A DNA stretch of 63,932 nucleotides, filler included, from Chrysochromulina tobinii (Eukaryota): assembly GCA_001275005.1 (NCBI GenBank). It is 8 parts of 8 records of this genome, joined end to end, with 100 filler letters (N's around TTAATTAATTAA, not from the genome) between each part and the next. Parts side by side here need not be neighbours in the genome. Positions count along the whole stretch, not along the records: positions 1 to 11,047 come from JWZX01000221.1; 7 more parts are not named here. One strand, given 5' to 3'. Of the stretch, positions 1 through 11,147 are shown piece by piece; within the stretch, counting starts at the first letter, position 1; every line of letters begins with the position of its first letter. Below the pieces are notes generated by a model, which ran no database searches, had not been told where the DNA came from, and saw only the letters and a list, made by a program, of their open reading frames with translations. The position numbers and the translations under genes were made by a program.

Positions 1-152
1 GCAGATGTGGCATTGTGCGTCGCAGATGTGGCATTCTGCGCGCGCAGATGTGGCATTGTGCGTCGCAGATGCGTCGCATTTGCGCGCAAATGCGACGGTT
101 TCTCGGCGCACGAGCGACGGTTTTTCGGCGCTCGTGCGACGTCATCTGCGAC
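1..152. repeat. GCAGATGTGGCATT tandem units with a perfect 26-bp palindrome; possible transposon subterminal region
   Basis: Three to four ~21-bp units at 1-70; CGTCGCATTTGCG|CGCAAATGCGACG at 72-97. Confidence 0.6.
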
Positions 153-208
153 AAAGTCTTCTCTGACCCCAAAGTCTTCTCTGACCGACCCTTCCTACGG
201 TTTTCATC

Positions 209-1039
209 ATGGCAAATCCTCGAAGCCGACTCTTCAGCACGGCCGCGTCGCTCCTCCCAGTCCGCTGCCGAGCTGCGGAGCATTCGCGCTCGGACGTCAC
301 GCCGCTCATCATCGACCGCGCCGCCTCGCGGCTCCTGAGTGCACTCGCGCCTGCCGAGGAGGTGCCTCCTCATCAGGAATTGGTGGATCTTGTTGCGGTG
401 CGCACGCGTGCCATCGACGCGTGGCTGGAGCAGCCAACCTGGCCACCCACGCGCACGACGCAGAGGCAAATCGTCTTGTTGCGCGCCGGGCTCGATGCAA
501 GGGCATACCGTCTCGGCCTCGGACAACAGACCACCATCTTCGAGGTTGAAGCCGATGGTCATCTGTTGCGTGCCAAGCGCGATGCGATGGCCGGAGCCAG
601 GCTGCGAACCAGAATCGTCGACGTGGAGGCTGATTGCAGCGATGTATCGCAAACGGCCAAGGCCCTCAGAGCAGCGGGGCTCAACGCTTCCGTGCCGACG
701 AGATGGGTATACGAAGGGCCGCTGACGAGTCTGGCTGGGCTACCCGCTCCCAACTCGCTTTTTGAGTTGGCGGCTGAGTGCGCCTCGGCTCCGGGCTCGA
801 GAATCGCCGCTGCCCTGGCCGAGCCTGCTTGGGAGCAAGCAACTAAGGCCCTCGGAGGCAAGGACGTTGGCCAATTTGCATGCCTGGCGACGGTGGCAGA
901 GAGCTTGGAGCAGGCACGCATCGCAGGATGGCGCGAGAAGCGCACCATGCGCCGCGCGGACGTGGCAGAGATGTACCATCGGGACACACACGAGTCGTGC
1001 GCCCTCCTTTTCGCGGAGGCCGATCCGGACGGAAGCTGA
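209..1039 (+). CDS. SAM-dependent methyltransferase, leucine carboxyl methyltransferase (LCM)-like family
   Basis: Motifs VAVRTRAID, QIVLLRAGLDARAYRL, IFEVE, VEADC, PTRWVYEG are typical of the family. Confidence 0.8.
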   Translation: MANPRSRLFSTAASLLPVRCRAAEHSRSDVTPLIIDRAASRLLSALAPAEEVPPHQELVDLVAVRTRAIDAWLEQPTWPPTRTTQRQIVLLRAGLDARAYRLGLGQQTTIFEVEADGHLLRAKRDAMAGARLRTRIVDVEADCSDVSQTAKALRAAGLNASVPTRWVYEGPLTSLAGLPAPNSLFELAAECASAPGSRIAAALAEPAWEQATKALGGKDVGQFACLATVAESLEQARIAGWREKRTMRRADVAEMYHRDTHESCALLFAEADPDGS

Positions 1040-1581
1040 AGACTGAGTGCCCGGGAGCTGTGGTGTGACCGCCGCATTGGACCGCCGCATACTGTGAAGT
1101 GTGAGAACACACCCGACACGAGCCTCCCTGGAGCAGCGCGTGCGCGCCATTGGGTGCCCGCGGTTACCGCGGCGTGTGGCGGCTCACGAGGCTCTCGAAG
1201 GGTGCGATATCGGATATGTCGTGTCGTGATAAACCTAAAGCGCCAAGCTAGAAGAGACGCAATTTGTTGCCGGTACAAAAATTCTCCACGGGCATGTCCA
1301 CGGGACGCCGCTTGCAATGGACGCTGCCGGAGCTTAGCCGGAGCCACATGGCCGGAGCGCGACCGGAGACGAGCGAGCAGGTTCTCGCGGCGTCTTGCGG
1401 AGATGGCAAATGAACATGATGTTGAACATGAACAAGCAAGCTAGTCGAAACCTGAAGTACTTAATGAAGCGCAGCCGAAAACTACTTCCACCTCCTTCAA
1501 AAACTATTGCAAGGCGTGAACGTGAAGGAGCGGTTTCGGCAATGAAGGCAATTGTGAAAGTGGCTGCCGACCCATCCGGAG

Positions 1582-2841
1582 ATGAGGGCCGCGATGCTCG
1601 CGCGCACGTCCATTCGGACGCGACCCGTGGCGATGGCACCGCGCACGCTGGCGCAGCACTTTAGCTCCAAGGTCACGAGCGGTGCCACCGGCGTCTACCC
1701 GGACGCTCCTTCGCCGCTGCAAGAGTTTTCCGTGGTCTACACGGACCGTGCGCTCAATCATATGAGCGAGCCGTTCAAGAAGGTCATGCTGGACATGGGC
1801 TCGATCCTCAAGGAGGTGTACTACGCGGAGAGCGCGGTGATCATCCCGGGATCGGGCACCTACGGCATGGAGTCGGTGGCACGCCAGTTTGTCACTGGCA
1901 AGAAGGCACTCGTGATTCGAAACGGCTTCTTCTCGTTCCGGTGGACGCAGATCTTCGAGCAGTGCGGCATCCCGTCGGAGCACACGGTGCTCAAGGCGCG
2001 CAGCGTTGGGGAAGTTGCGGGCAAGGCGCAGTACGCGCCGGCGCCGATTGAGGATGTCGTTGCCACGATCCTTGCCGAGAAGCCCGCAGCGGTATTCGCG
2101 CCCCAGGTCGAAACGTCGACGGGGATCATCCTGCCCGACTGGTATGTGAAGAAGGTGGCGGACGCGGTGCACTCGGTGGGTGGGCTGATGGTCCTCGACT
2201 GTATCGCGTCGGGAACCGTGTGGGCGAACATGGAGGCGCTCGGCGTCGATGCGCTCATCACAGCGCCCCAAAAAGGGTGGACGGGGCCAGCATGCGCAGC
2301 GCTCGTGATGCTCTCGAAAAAGGGAACCGAGGTGACGCGGAACACGCAGTCGACCTCGTATGTGTGCAACCTGCGCAAGTGGCTCGAGCTCATGGACGCG
2401 TATGAGGCGGGTGGCTTCATGTATCACGCGACGATGCCTACAGACGCGCTCGTGATCGCGCGTGACCACATGCTCGCGACCAAGTCACATGGGTTCGCCC
2501 ACATGGAGAAGCAGGCGTGGGAGCTCGGCAAGCAGGTGCGCCAGTATATGTGCCAGGAGAAGGGGCTCGTCTCCGTCGCGGCGCCTGGCTTCGAGGCACC
2601 AGGCGTCGTCGTGGTACACCACGACGACGCTGCCGTTGCGGGCAAGTTTGTGGCGGCCGGCACCCAGATTGCCGCCGGCGTCCCCTTCATGATTGGGGAG
2701 CCCAAAGGCACCCAGACCTTCCGCATCGGCCTCTTTGGTATCGACAAGCTCAAGGACCCCGCCGTCACCGTCGGCAACCTGCGAAAGGCAATGGAGGTCG
2801 CCGTGCCCAACCAGCCCATGAAGGTCGCCGTCGCGGCTTAG
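1582..2841 (+). CDS. Class V PLP aminotransferase (alanine-glyoxylate/serine-pyruvate type) with probable mitochondrial presequence
   Basis: IPGSGTYGME, QVETSTG, VLDCIASG, PLP-lysine motif ITAPQKGW, FRIGLFG; Arg/Ala/Ser-rich N-terminus; intronless. Confidence 0.9.
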   Translation: MRAAMLARTSIRTRPVAMAPRTLAQHFSSKVTSGATGVYPDAPSPLQEFSVVYTDRALNHMSEPFKKVMLDMGSILKEVYYAESAVIIPGSGTYGMESVARQFVTGKKALVIRNGFFSFRWTQIFEQCGIPSEHTVLKARSVGEVAGKAQYAPAPIEDVVATILAEKPAAVFAPQVETSTGIILPDWYVKKVADAVHSVGGLMVLDCIASGTVWANMEALGVDALITAPQKGWTGPACAALVMLSKKGTEVTRNTQSTSYVCNLRKWLELMDAYEAGGFMYHATMPTDALVIARDHMLATKSHGFAHMEKQAWELGKQVRQYMCQEKGLVSVAAPGFEAPGVVVVHHDDAAVAGKFVAAGTQIAAGVPFMIGEPKGTQTFRIGLFGIDKLKDPAVTVGNLRKAMEVAVPNQPMKVAVAA

Positions 2842-3427
2842 ACCTGTAGTAGAGCGGGCCTCTGTGCCAGGGTGCCACCGCTCAGCTGGAGCGGTTGAGG
2901 ACGTGCACGGCATGAGCAGCATGGCACATGGCGTTGTGTAGAGAAGGAATGCAGGTTAAACGCAGGAAGGAGCCAGGCGGCACATCGATCGTATGTCGAA
3001 TGCGAGAGTTGGAGAGAGCGAGCGGCACGCCAAGGGATTTTTGTATACAGGGATTTTGTTACTTTGGCTACGTGCACTTGCAGGGAAAGCATTCATGATT
3101 CGAAAGCGCAGGACTACAAATAGTAACGTATGCGCCAATGTACTATGGTCTATGCGCGTAATTTCAAACCTTGTTGACCGCGGCCTCAGGAGCAAAGGTT
3201 GTGAACGGATGCTTAAGAGGACGTCATTCGATTGTAAGAGATTTTGATGACAAGATCGATGATTTATTTGTGGTGGAACTTGCCCGAGGAGAAGTTCTTT
3301 CCATTCTCAGCAAGTTTACTGAACCGGAAGACTCCACGAAGAAAGCAAGTCTCCCCTGGTCTCACAGCCCTTTGCACGAACGCTGGCGCAGAGCACGCCG
3401 AAAAGCGCCGTGGTTTCGTAAACATTT

Positions 3428-4296
3428 ATGGCTCTGAGCTCTGAGCTTGCGCATGCTGCAGCTTCGATGGCAATCGATGATGATTCGCCTCGCCTTCATC
3501 ATTCATCATTCATGGAACCCTCACTGCCCGAGGGAATCGGGGTCGGAAGGAATGCAATTAGAGAGCTGATGCTCCTCAGCTCTGATTGCAGCCTAAGCGA
3601 GACGTCCGTACGGCGCAGACCAAAGGACACAACGAAGAGGCGCTCTGATGCCATTTCGGTGCTCGCCACTGCGCTGGTCGGGAAAGATGCGCAGGCGGTA
3701 CTCCAGGCATCAGCATCCTGGCAAGATGGGGACGGCCCCCCGAGCACCGACTCGGATGACGACGAGGCACCATCGCGAGGCACGTCGTGGAGTGGAGACG
3801 GCGGCTCGAGGGATGCCTCATTCAACAAGAAATTGACAAGCTCGAGGAGAGTTTCTGGAGATGACGGAATGGATTGTTGAGGGGCGTCGAGCAGGGGGGG
3901 TAGCGGCGGGGGTGCAGTGGGTTGCGGCGGGGGTGCAGAAAGTGCAGGAGGTGCAGGAGGTGCAGGAGGTGCAGGAGGTGCTGGAGGTGCTCGCGGCGGT
4001 GCAGTGCATAGCACTTTACGGGATGGGGCCAAAGAAGGTTCTCGCCCGGCTGCGGCCCAGTCGAGTTGGGCAGCAACGACTTGCGGACGCCGGATGCTGA
4101 TGCCCGATCGCGGACGGGCTCACGATATCAACTTGATATCGATATCACGACACCCGCGTCAACATCGCACAATGAAACGTCAAACCCGATTGCTAATGCA
4201 GGTTTGGAGGTGCAGCATGCGGTGCAGGGATTGGATTCCTGGGGGCACGTCAAACCGAGATGGCAGATGCGCGATGTGGATGATGTTCTTGATTGA
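3428..4296 (+). pseudogene. Degenerate low-complexity hypothetical gene
   Basis: ORF 3428-3880 continues in frame after a TGA into a Gly/Ala repeat (GCAGGAGGT)n, and a protein-like ORF follows in another frame (4066-4296). Confidence 0.25.
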
Positions 4297-4440
4297 AGGA
4301 CACAGGTGTTTGAGTTTGTTGAACCGGATCCAATTTACTTGAGTTTTCACTTGACTTCACTTCAAAAAAACCGACGGTTTCGGAAGTTTGCACCGCCATC
4401 TCTCAACTTCCTCGTGGCGCTCAGGGCCACCCTGTTCACG

Positions 4441-6546
4441 ATGCTGTCCGTCATCGCTGGCGCGAAGCGAGCCAAGAAGGATGAGGCGGGGCAGGCACAG
4501 CGAATAACGAGGCATCATGCCATCTTGGAGGCAGCCGCTAAGGAGGTGGAAGCACGCCTGCTGAAGGCGATTCAGGACGGCTTCGCAGCCAGAGATGCTG
4601 AGGGAGCACATCAGGAAATGCGCCATGAGATCGGCATCCTTAAGCGAAGGAGCATGGATTTGTGCACAAGCGCCCTACAAGAGGAAGCCGTGCTCCAGCG
4701 CAAGCAGCTCCACGAGAAGGAGATGTTCTGGAAACTCAAGCTGGAAACCAACAGGGTGGCCGCAACAGCACAGCTCAGAAACGAGACGCGGAAGCTGGAG
4801 GCCAATCACGAAACATCGCTGCGCCAGCGATTACTCGAGCAACGCGAACAGCTCCTGTCTGGTAGTGATGGAGGACTGAGGGATGCGCTCCAGCGGCTGG
4901 ACGAGGCCGACGAGCAAATCCACGAGCTGAAGCGGTCGATTGCCGTGCTCAATCACGACCTGAAGGCGGCGTCGGTCGAGCAGCTCGAGGCTGCCGAGCA
5001 GGCATTTGAGGCGCGGCGGCACAACGAAGAGCTCCAGGTGGAGGCCCAGGAGGAAGCAAGGCGTGTCGCAAAGCTTCGCAACGAGCTCGAGGACAGCGCT
5101 GTTCATGTGGCGAGGTTGACGAAGCAGCTCGAGGATCTCGCGGGAGCCAAGGCAGAGGCGGACGCGCTGCGCACCGACATGTGGGCGCTACAGACGATGG
5201 CCGAGGCGATGCGGGGCAGAGCAGAGGCGGCGGAGAGCGCACGCGACGCCGCATACGCCGAGCGCGACGAATACCGCGCCGAGTACCGCGACGCCAAAGC
5301 TCAGCAAGAGGCGTTTCGGATGGAGCTCGAAGTCGCAATAGCTGACCTCGCGCAAGCCCGCGTGGTGGCCACCGAGGCAGAGGAGCGGATGGCCGATATG
5401 GAGCGGCTGAAGGAGGAAATGGAGCAGAAAGCTACGGATGCCTTTGGACAGAAGCTCGTCGCAGCCGAGGCGGTGGCGGTGGCGGCCAGAGAACAGGCAG
5501 TCAAGGCGGAGCAACATGCGACGACTGTCGAGCAGGCCCTGGCGGCCAGTAAGGCACTGGTACAGGAGTTGCAGGCCCTGAGAGATCAGGCGCGTGCGGA
5601 GGGGGGGGTGAGGGCCGAGGAACTCGCCGCTGTCCGAGCGCAATCGCAACTTTACGAGCGCGAGTGCGACAAGCTGCGAGCGGCGCTGCAAGCCGCGCAG
5701 GCGGAGACTGATCGTCGAGTGTCCCAGCTTCAAGAAGCAAGGAGCATGGAGCAGCCGGACATTGGAGCGGGTGGCGATCGAGATGTTGCGCGCATGGCCC
5801 ACCTCGGGCAGCAGCTCAAAGGCGCTGCCAAGCAGATCTCGGACTTGCAAGACACGTTGCAGCACGTCCAAGCTGCGTCCAAGGCCGATCGTGAGCGGCT
5901 CATTGCCATCTCACTCGAGTCACTCTCCAGCTTGCGAGCACACCTGGTGCGCTCTTTCACCGGAGGGCGTAGGCCCGCGGTGCTCGTCAACGGCGTCGAT
6001 CCGGTACCGATGATGGTGCGAGTTGGGCTGGCGAAGAAGGTAGAAAGTATGGCCATGCACTCGCGAAGGAGGACGCAGTTGATGGTGAACGCCTCCAGCG
6101 TGACGGCGGCCATGGACGCTGTGACGATCAAGGCATCCGTCTCCCTCCCTGACATCCCGAAGGGGGCGCGTGCTACGGGTGATGACAGCGGGCTATCAGT
6201 TAGCGACGCCGCGACCCATGGCCAGCTGCCCAAGGGCAAGAAAACTGAGGTCTACTCGGGGCGCCCCTGCTCGTACCTGGATGTTGATGAGGAAGGCGAA
6301 TTTGGAGACTTTGATGGTGGCCAGTATGTGTGGCCGGACGCTCCAGGTTCGGTTGGCTTACCACCGGGACCGGGACCGGGAACGGGACAGGGACCGGTGC
6401 CGGCTCCGCCCGAGCCATCACGGACGTTGCGAAACCGCGTGCCAGCGGGCAATGCCGCCGCGGAACGAGACGTGCGGAACGCCATCAACAAGGCCAAGGC
6501 CAACGGAGACCCATTGTACACGGTCTTCTACAGCCGCCTCTATTGA
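4441..6546 (+). CDS. Long coiled-coil hypothetical protein
   Basis: ~700-aa ORF rich in E/A/Q/L/R heptads; ATG at 4441. Confidence 0.75.
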   Translation: MLSVIAGAKRAKKDEAGQAQRITRHHAILEAAAKEVEARLLKAIQDGFAARDAEGAHQEMRHEIGILKRRSMDLCTSALQEEAVLQRKQLHEKEMFWKLKLETNRVAATAQLRNETRKLEANHETSLRQRLLEQREQLLSGSDGGLRDALQRLDEADEQIHELKRSIAVLNHDLKAASVEQLEAAEQAFEARRHNEELQVEAQEEARRVAKLRNELEDSAVHVARLTKQLEDLAGAKAEADALRTDMWALQTMAEAMRGRAEAAESARDAAYAERDEYRAEYRDAKAQQEAFRMELEVAIADLAQARVVATEAEERMADMERLKEEMEQKATDAFGQKLVAAEAVAVAAREQAVKAEQHATTVEQALAASKALVQELQALRDQARAEGGVRAEELAAVRAQSQLYERECDKLRAALQAAQAETDRRVSQLQEARSMEQPDIGAGGDRDVARMAHLGQQLKGAAKQISDLQDTLQHVQAASKADRERLIAISLESLSSLRAHLVRSFTGGRRPAVLVNGVDPVPMMVRVGLAKKVESMAMHSRRRTQLMVNASSVTAAMDAVTIKASVSLPDIPKGARATGDDSGLSVSDAATHGQLPKGKKTEVYSGRPCSYLDVDEEGEFGDFDGGQYVWPDAPGSVGLPPGPGPGTGQGPVPAPPEPSRTLRNRVPAGNAAAERDVRNAINKAKANGDPLYTVFYSRLY

Positions 6547-7051
6547 CAATCGCCGAATGCGCGCGCGATACAGCTAAGATACAGCCCGAAGATGGCGCAA
6601 AAGTTGTGTGGCGTCGCGTTGCGCGTTTGCGGCGGAGTTCTCTCTCCGGCCTTTGTGTCGCACCGACTCGCGGGTGGTAAAAAGGGTCGTCCCAGCAATA
6701 CGCACGGCGGTACGCGTTGAGATTTTAGTCACAGGTACGAGGTAGACTAGGTGCGTGTTGACCCGTAACGTAACGAGCGCACACCCGCCCGTGAACGTCC
6801 GGTTGTGGACGACGATGCCACCCCCGACGACAAACGCCAACGCGACGCAACTATGTCCTGTGTGATTGGATAGCCGTACCGGGACGGTAGAGGGTCGGGT
6901 AGTGACGTGTGTTGGCGCGATCCGACCGCGTGTGGATCCGGATGAAACGCTCCGCGCGCGCGTACCGCCCGGCCGTCCGGTCAACACATGCTAACTTCCT
7001 CTGGTCCAGTCTTCGTGCCTCGATCTTGGCGGTGACTGCTCCGGCTTTTGC

Positions 7052-8395
7052 CTATAATGCTAGCTCACTAAATGGGCTGCGGGACGTCTTTGCCAACGTC
7101 GGGCTAGCGTCATGGCCAGCGCTCGGGGGGGGCTGTGCACTCAAGAGCGTCTCGAGGTCGCCGAGGCCGCCGCTGCCGCCGATGACTTGCATAGAACGGA
7201 GGCTGTCGCTACCTCCGGATGTGGACGCCAGGAGGCCTGCCCAGTCTACGGGCGCCATGCTGGCAGGTGGCGCTCCAGCGGCGCACAGAGCGGGCCCTCC
7301 AGCGACGCTGACGCTCGAGGCAGTGGAGCCCGCGGGCGCCACGTAACCAAAGGCGGCCGGCACGACGTCCGGTGGCGGCGGCGGCTCCTCCTCGTCGTCC
7401 TCTTCGAGTACCTCTGGTGGAGGCTTCCATGCTAGTGGCGTCGGGGCTGGCTTAGCTGGACGCGCTAGTGCAGGCGCCGGCGACGATGAGGGTGCGGGCG
7501 CGGGTGCCGTCGATGTGAGCGGCGTCGGCGTCGGCGGCGTCGGCGGCGTCGGCTGCGGCGGCGGCGGCGTCGGCGGCAGCCGCGGCGGCGGTGCTGGCGG
7601 CGGCCGCGGCGGAGGCTGTAACACTGCTGCGGCGGCGTTGGGTTGCGGTGGCGGCTGCGACGGTGGCAGCGGCGCTCGTGTCCAGTCAGGGCTCTGCACC
7701 GCCGCCTCTGCTGGCGGCGCACGCGGCTTGCACTCAACGGTAGCCGAGGAGGCGGGAGAGAGTGATGCGAAGAGGTCATCGAAGGGCTGTGGCGACGGCA
7801 TGGCTTGAGGCCGCACCAGTTGAGGCGCTGAGCTCGCGTCCCCCGGAGCAGCCGTGGGCTGGCCGACAGCAGCCTTGCGCAGGTCAGGACCTAGGGCTTG
7901 AGCCGGGACGAGCGCCCTTACCGCCGCGACCCACAAGCCAAAGAGCTCCTCTTGCCCATCGTCGAAGCAGATATCGAGCGTGTCCCGCTCCTCCGACTGG
8001 CCGAATCGTAAGCTGAAGGATAGGTGCGGCTCATCCTCGTCCGGTAAATCCTCAGCTGCTGCGAAGTCATCTTGGAAGCGGGTTCTGGCATGTGCACGGA
8101 CACCTTGGAAGCGGCGGAAGACGGCGCTCTCGCGGCCTATGAGCAGGCTCACGGCCGTGTACAGTGCGCACGAGCGCGGCTGCTTGCCGATCAAGGAGTT
8201 GATCAAACCGTTTCCCTTCCATGACAGCGTGCGCTCATCAATTGAGAGCGTGAACGTCACCTTGTGCGGCTTGCCCGCGCGGCCGTACTTGGTGGCGATG
8301 CATCCGCGCTTGAGCATCGCGATGCCCTCGAGCGCCGTCGGCGAGCGATAGGTGTGGCGCGGCAACGAGATCCCCGTCTCCCCAAGGTACGACAT
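7052..8395 (-). CDS. PH-domain protein with Pro-rich linker
   Basis: MLKRGCIATKYGRAGKPHKVTFTLSIDERTLSWK...LSFSLRF...TLDICF...LWVAAVRAL resembles a PLC/PRAF-type PH domain. An upstream intron acceptor at 8419 makes the start uncertain. Confidence 0.75.
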   Translation of the reverse strand: MSYLGETGISLPRHTYRSPTALEGIAMLKRGCIATKYGRAGKPHKVTFTLSIDERTLSWKGNGLINSLIGKQPRSCALYTAVSLLIGRESAVFRRFQGVRAHARTRFQDDFAAAEDLPDEDEPHLSFSLRFGQSEERDTLDICFDDGQEELFGLWVAAVRALVPAQALGPDLRKAAVGQPTAAPGDASSAPQLVRPQAMPSPQPFDDLFASLSPASSATVECKPRAPPAEAAVQSPDWTRAPLPPSQPPPQPNAAAAVLQPPPRPPPAPPPRLPPTPPPPQPTPPTPPTPTPLTSTAPAPAPSSSPAPALARPAKPAPTPLAWKPPPEVLEEDDEEEPPPPPDVVPAAFGYVAPAGSTASSVSVAGGPALCAAGAPPASMAPVDWAGLLASTSGGSDSLRSMQVIGGSGGLGDLETLLSAQPPPSAGHDASPTLAKTSRSPFSELAL

Positions 8396-8821
8396 CGCTT
8401 CACTCAGCGCAAGTGCCCCTGATGAGGCAGGCAATCAATGGGGGCATCAGATGGGCTGTCTGAGGCCCATCAGATGACAATCAGATCTGAGGCCCACCAG
8501 ATGACAATCAGATCTGAGGCGCACACAAGATCGCCCTCCCTCCGAATCTGATTGAGCTCTGATGGAGCTCTAATTGTCTCTGCGTCATCAGGTGTACAAG
8601 TGTGTCATTACCCCAACCGGCCGACCGAGACGGCGCGTTTCGTCAAGCGCTCCCCACTGCACGAGTACCCATACGGTACGGACTGTATCTCAGTACTCTT
8701 CATCGCTGCTCTCATCACTGTGCTCTCCCACCCGGGGGCACTCATGCACTTCTGCTCGCTCGTCCGGTCCGGGCGGCGCGGCAGCAGGGGGGGCGGCGGC
8801 CAAACGAACGCGATTGGAGGT

Positions 8822-10789
8822 TCAAGCGTCGTCTTCCTCGTCTTCCTTGTCGTCCTTCGCCGCGACGCCCGCAGCCTTGCGCACCAGCACGGCGCGCAGC
8901 TCGGCTCCCTCCCATCCGGGCTTGAGGCTGGTACCGAGATTTGATGTGATCGTCATCTCGTTAGGCGGGCTGAATTTCAAGCTCACCATGAGCTGCCTTG
9001 CCTTGCTGCCCAGGAGATGCGCGAAGCCCAGATTGTTGCAAACGGTCTTGTTCAGGGCGACCCGGCGGCTGTTCGGTGCACTCGCACCTTTAAACAAGAT
9101 CTCGAGATCAGGAGTGGAGATGAGCGGTAACTGGGCGCGGCTGTCGCCCGCCGGAAGCACGAGCTCGAGGCGAACCAAGTCGCCCTCAGTTTGCCGACTA
9201 TTTTGGCCGCCCGCGCTCGCGTCGTCTGCCGCCTTCTTGCGCATCGCCTCTTCGGCGAGCTCGAGCTCCTCGGGGGTCCCCGGCCACGTCGCGCGCAGCT
9301 GGGCGATGCGCACCTCGATCTGCGCGTTCTGGCCGCGCGCGATCGCGTCGTCTGCCGCCTTCTTGCGCATCGCCTCGACGGCGAGCTCGAGCTCCTCGAG
9401 GGTCCCCGTCCACGTCGCGCGCAGCTGGGCGATGCGCACCTCGATCTGCGCGTTCTGGCCGCCGCGCTGGCCGCCGCGCTTAGAGCCCAGCAACGAGCGC
9501 ACGCTGCTCTGCCAGTCGGGGCGCACCCCGCTGATCAGGGACGCATTCTCCATGCAGAGCGTGACGAGCTTGTTCATCTCCTCCTTCTCCGCGTCGTCAG
9601 CGCACACGTCATACGGGCTCCATTCGCCGCCGCGCTGCGACGGTGTGACGTAGTTGTGCCCGGTGGTCTCCGAGATGCAGTCTGCACCCTCGCTCAAGAC
9701 TGGCCACAGGTGTGGGTCCTGGCGGGTGACGGCGGCCGGCGGCAGCAGGCGCAACGAGCGCGCTATGTTGGTGTTGTAGACCTCGCGAAGCACCCCAAGG
9801 TTGTGATGGCCAAAGGTCACGTCCGCGATGTAGGATGTACGTAGCTCGATCATCAGCGTCCTCGCAGCCCCTGACTGGCGGAACCGTGCGGGCACCCTGA
9901 CAATCAGCAGGCGGGCGTGGAGCACCTCATATGGGACTGGCACTCCGAGCTCTGAAAGTGCTGGCTCACCGAGCTGCTGCCACTCCACCTCCGGATGCAC
10001 GTCAAGCCATTCCATTAGAGCAGCGCGACTCTTGGCGCCACTCAAGGAGATGAGCACCTCATCGCCGACGAACAGGAGTTGTGAGAGCAGAAGGTCAGCG
10101 CAGGCTGCCAGGTGCGCCGTCGAGGGCGGTGTGATGGACGTCCCGATCTCCTGATCGGGCACGTCATACACAAACTGTAGGTTCATGATCCCTGGCGCAC
10201 AGCCACCGGTCGCGAGTGCCTGCACAGCGGCGCCCGCCACCGTCAGGGCAAGGCGGTTGCTGCCGTCGAGGAAGGCCGCGAGCGTTTCATGTAGCCCGTT
10301 GCCCGTCGTCGCGGCGCTCACTCTCGAAGCATCTTCGGGCATCTCCCAGAGGGGCGACTGCGGGTCGTTGGTCATCATCAGGTCAGTCTTGACGGGCCAG
10401 GTAATGAGAATGAGATGGCGGGAGTGGGGGCGATGTAGATAGCGCCCATTGTCGGTGTGGGCGTGGGTGAGGCCCGCACCCGACGTCACACGAGCACGCG
10501 CGAACTGACGCATCGCTTCGGCAAACTCTGGATCCGGGTCAATCGGGTGGTTGGATGCGTACGCACTTATTCCCGAAGCGAGCTCGGTCGCGGCATTCTC
10601 ACAATCGCTGATTGGCCGCGGTTGGTGATCTACGTGTTTGCCATCTGCAGTGCTCGTAGCACGCACAGGATCTTGGACAAGTTTTGCCATGAGACTAGTG
10701 GCGAGCCTATGAGCTTTCACCTGGATAGGTGTCGAAGCAAGCTCCATCAGATCGTGGGTTTGCTGCAACAGATCCGCAACAGCTTCCAA
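8822..10789 (-). CDS. Hypothetical protein with two ~39-aa internal repeats; 5' end unresolved
   Basis: 655-aa ORF; GQNAQIEVRIAQLRATWxGTxEELELAxEAMRKKAADDA occurs twice (about 9205-9460). Confidence 0.55.
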   Translation of the reverse strand: MEAVADLLQQTHDLMELASTPIQVKAHRLATSLMAKLVQDPVRATSTADGKHVDHQPRPISDCENAATELASGISAYASNHPIDPDPEFAEAMRQFARARVTSGAGLTHAHTDNGRYLHRPHSRHLILITWPVKTDLMMTNDPQSPLWEMPEDASRVSAATTGNGLHETLAAFLDGSNRLALTVAGAAVQALATGGCAPGIMNLQFVYDVPDQEIGTSITPPSTAHLAACADLLLSQLLFVGDEVLISLSGAKSRAALMEWLDVHPEVEWQQLGEPALSELGVPVPYEVLHARLLIVRVPARFRQSGAARTLMIELRTSYIADVTFGHHNLGVLREVYNTNIARSLRLLPPAAVTRQDPHLWPVLSEGADCISETTGHNYVTPSQRGGEWSPYDVCADDAEKEEMNKLVTLCMENASLISGVRPDWQSSVRSLLGSKRGGQRGGQNAQIEVRIAQLRATWTGTLEELELAVEAMRKKAADDAIARGQNAQIEVRIAQLRATWPGTPEELELAEEAMRKKAADDASAGGQNSRQTEGDLVRLELVLPAGDSRAQLPLISTPDLEILFKGASAPNSRRVALNKTVCNNLGFAHLLGSKARQLMVSLKFSPPNEMTITSNLGTSLKPGWEGAELRAVLVRKAAGVAAKDDKEDEEDDA

Positions 10790-10814
10790 GCAAACATGTT
10801 GGCGCGTGTCCCAC

Positions 10815-11047
10815 GGCCCGGCGGTGGAGGCGAGGGAGGCGGCAATGGCGGCGGAGAGGGTGGAGGCGCGTGTGGAGGAGAAGGCGGTGGCGGCGAGGGC
10901 GGCGGAGGTGATGGAGGCGGCGACGGCGGTGGGGGCGAGGGCGGTGGAGGCGAGGGAGGCGGTGGTGACGGCGGGGGCGGCGAGGGCGGTGGAGGCAAGG
11001 GAGGCGGAGGCGATGGATCGGGAGTTGAGGGGCTCGGCGGCGGCGGC
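10815..11047 (-). repeat. Ser-Pro(n) extensin-like coding repeat, truncated by contig end
   Basis: (PPPPS)n on the minus strand. Confidence 0.6.
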
Positions 11048-11147
11048 NNNNNNNNNNNNNNNNNNNNNNNNNNNNNNNNNNNNNNNNNNNNTTAATTAAT
11101 TAANNNNNNNNNNNNNNNNNNNNNNNNNNNNNNNNNNNNNNNNNNNN
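11048..11147. other. Artificial contig linker (N44-TTAATTAATTAA-N44)
   Basis: The same six-frame-stop linker occurs at 19996-20095, 31624-31723, 34199-34298, 41273-41372, 48444-48543 and 62124-62223. Confidence 0.97.

Noticed and set aside
1582..2841. Bacterial contamination or recent HGT of the aminotransferase
   Set aside because: It has a targeting-like presequence, host-like codon usage and eukaryotic neighbours on the same contig. An older bacterial origin cannot be tested without a phylogeny.
3875..3883. Cys-TGA-Gly as a possible selenocysteine codon
   Set aside because: The context is low-complexity, with no redox fold or identifiable SECIS. A stop codon or decay is more likely.
11048..11147. 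TTAATTAATTAA motif recurring seven times
   Set aside because: It always sits in the middle of a 100-bp N block, so it is an artificial linker. Synteny across it is not biological.
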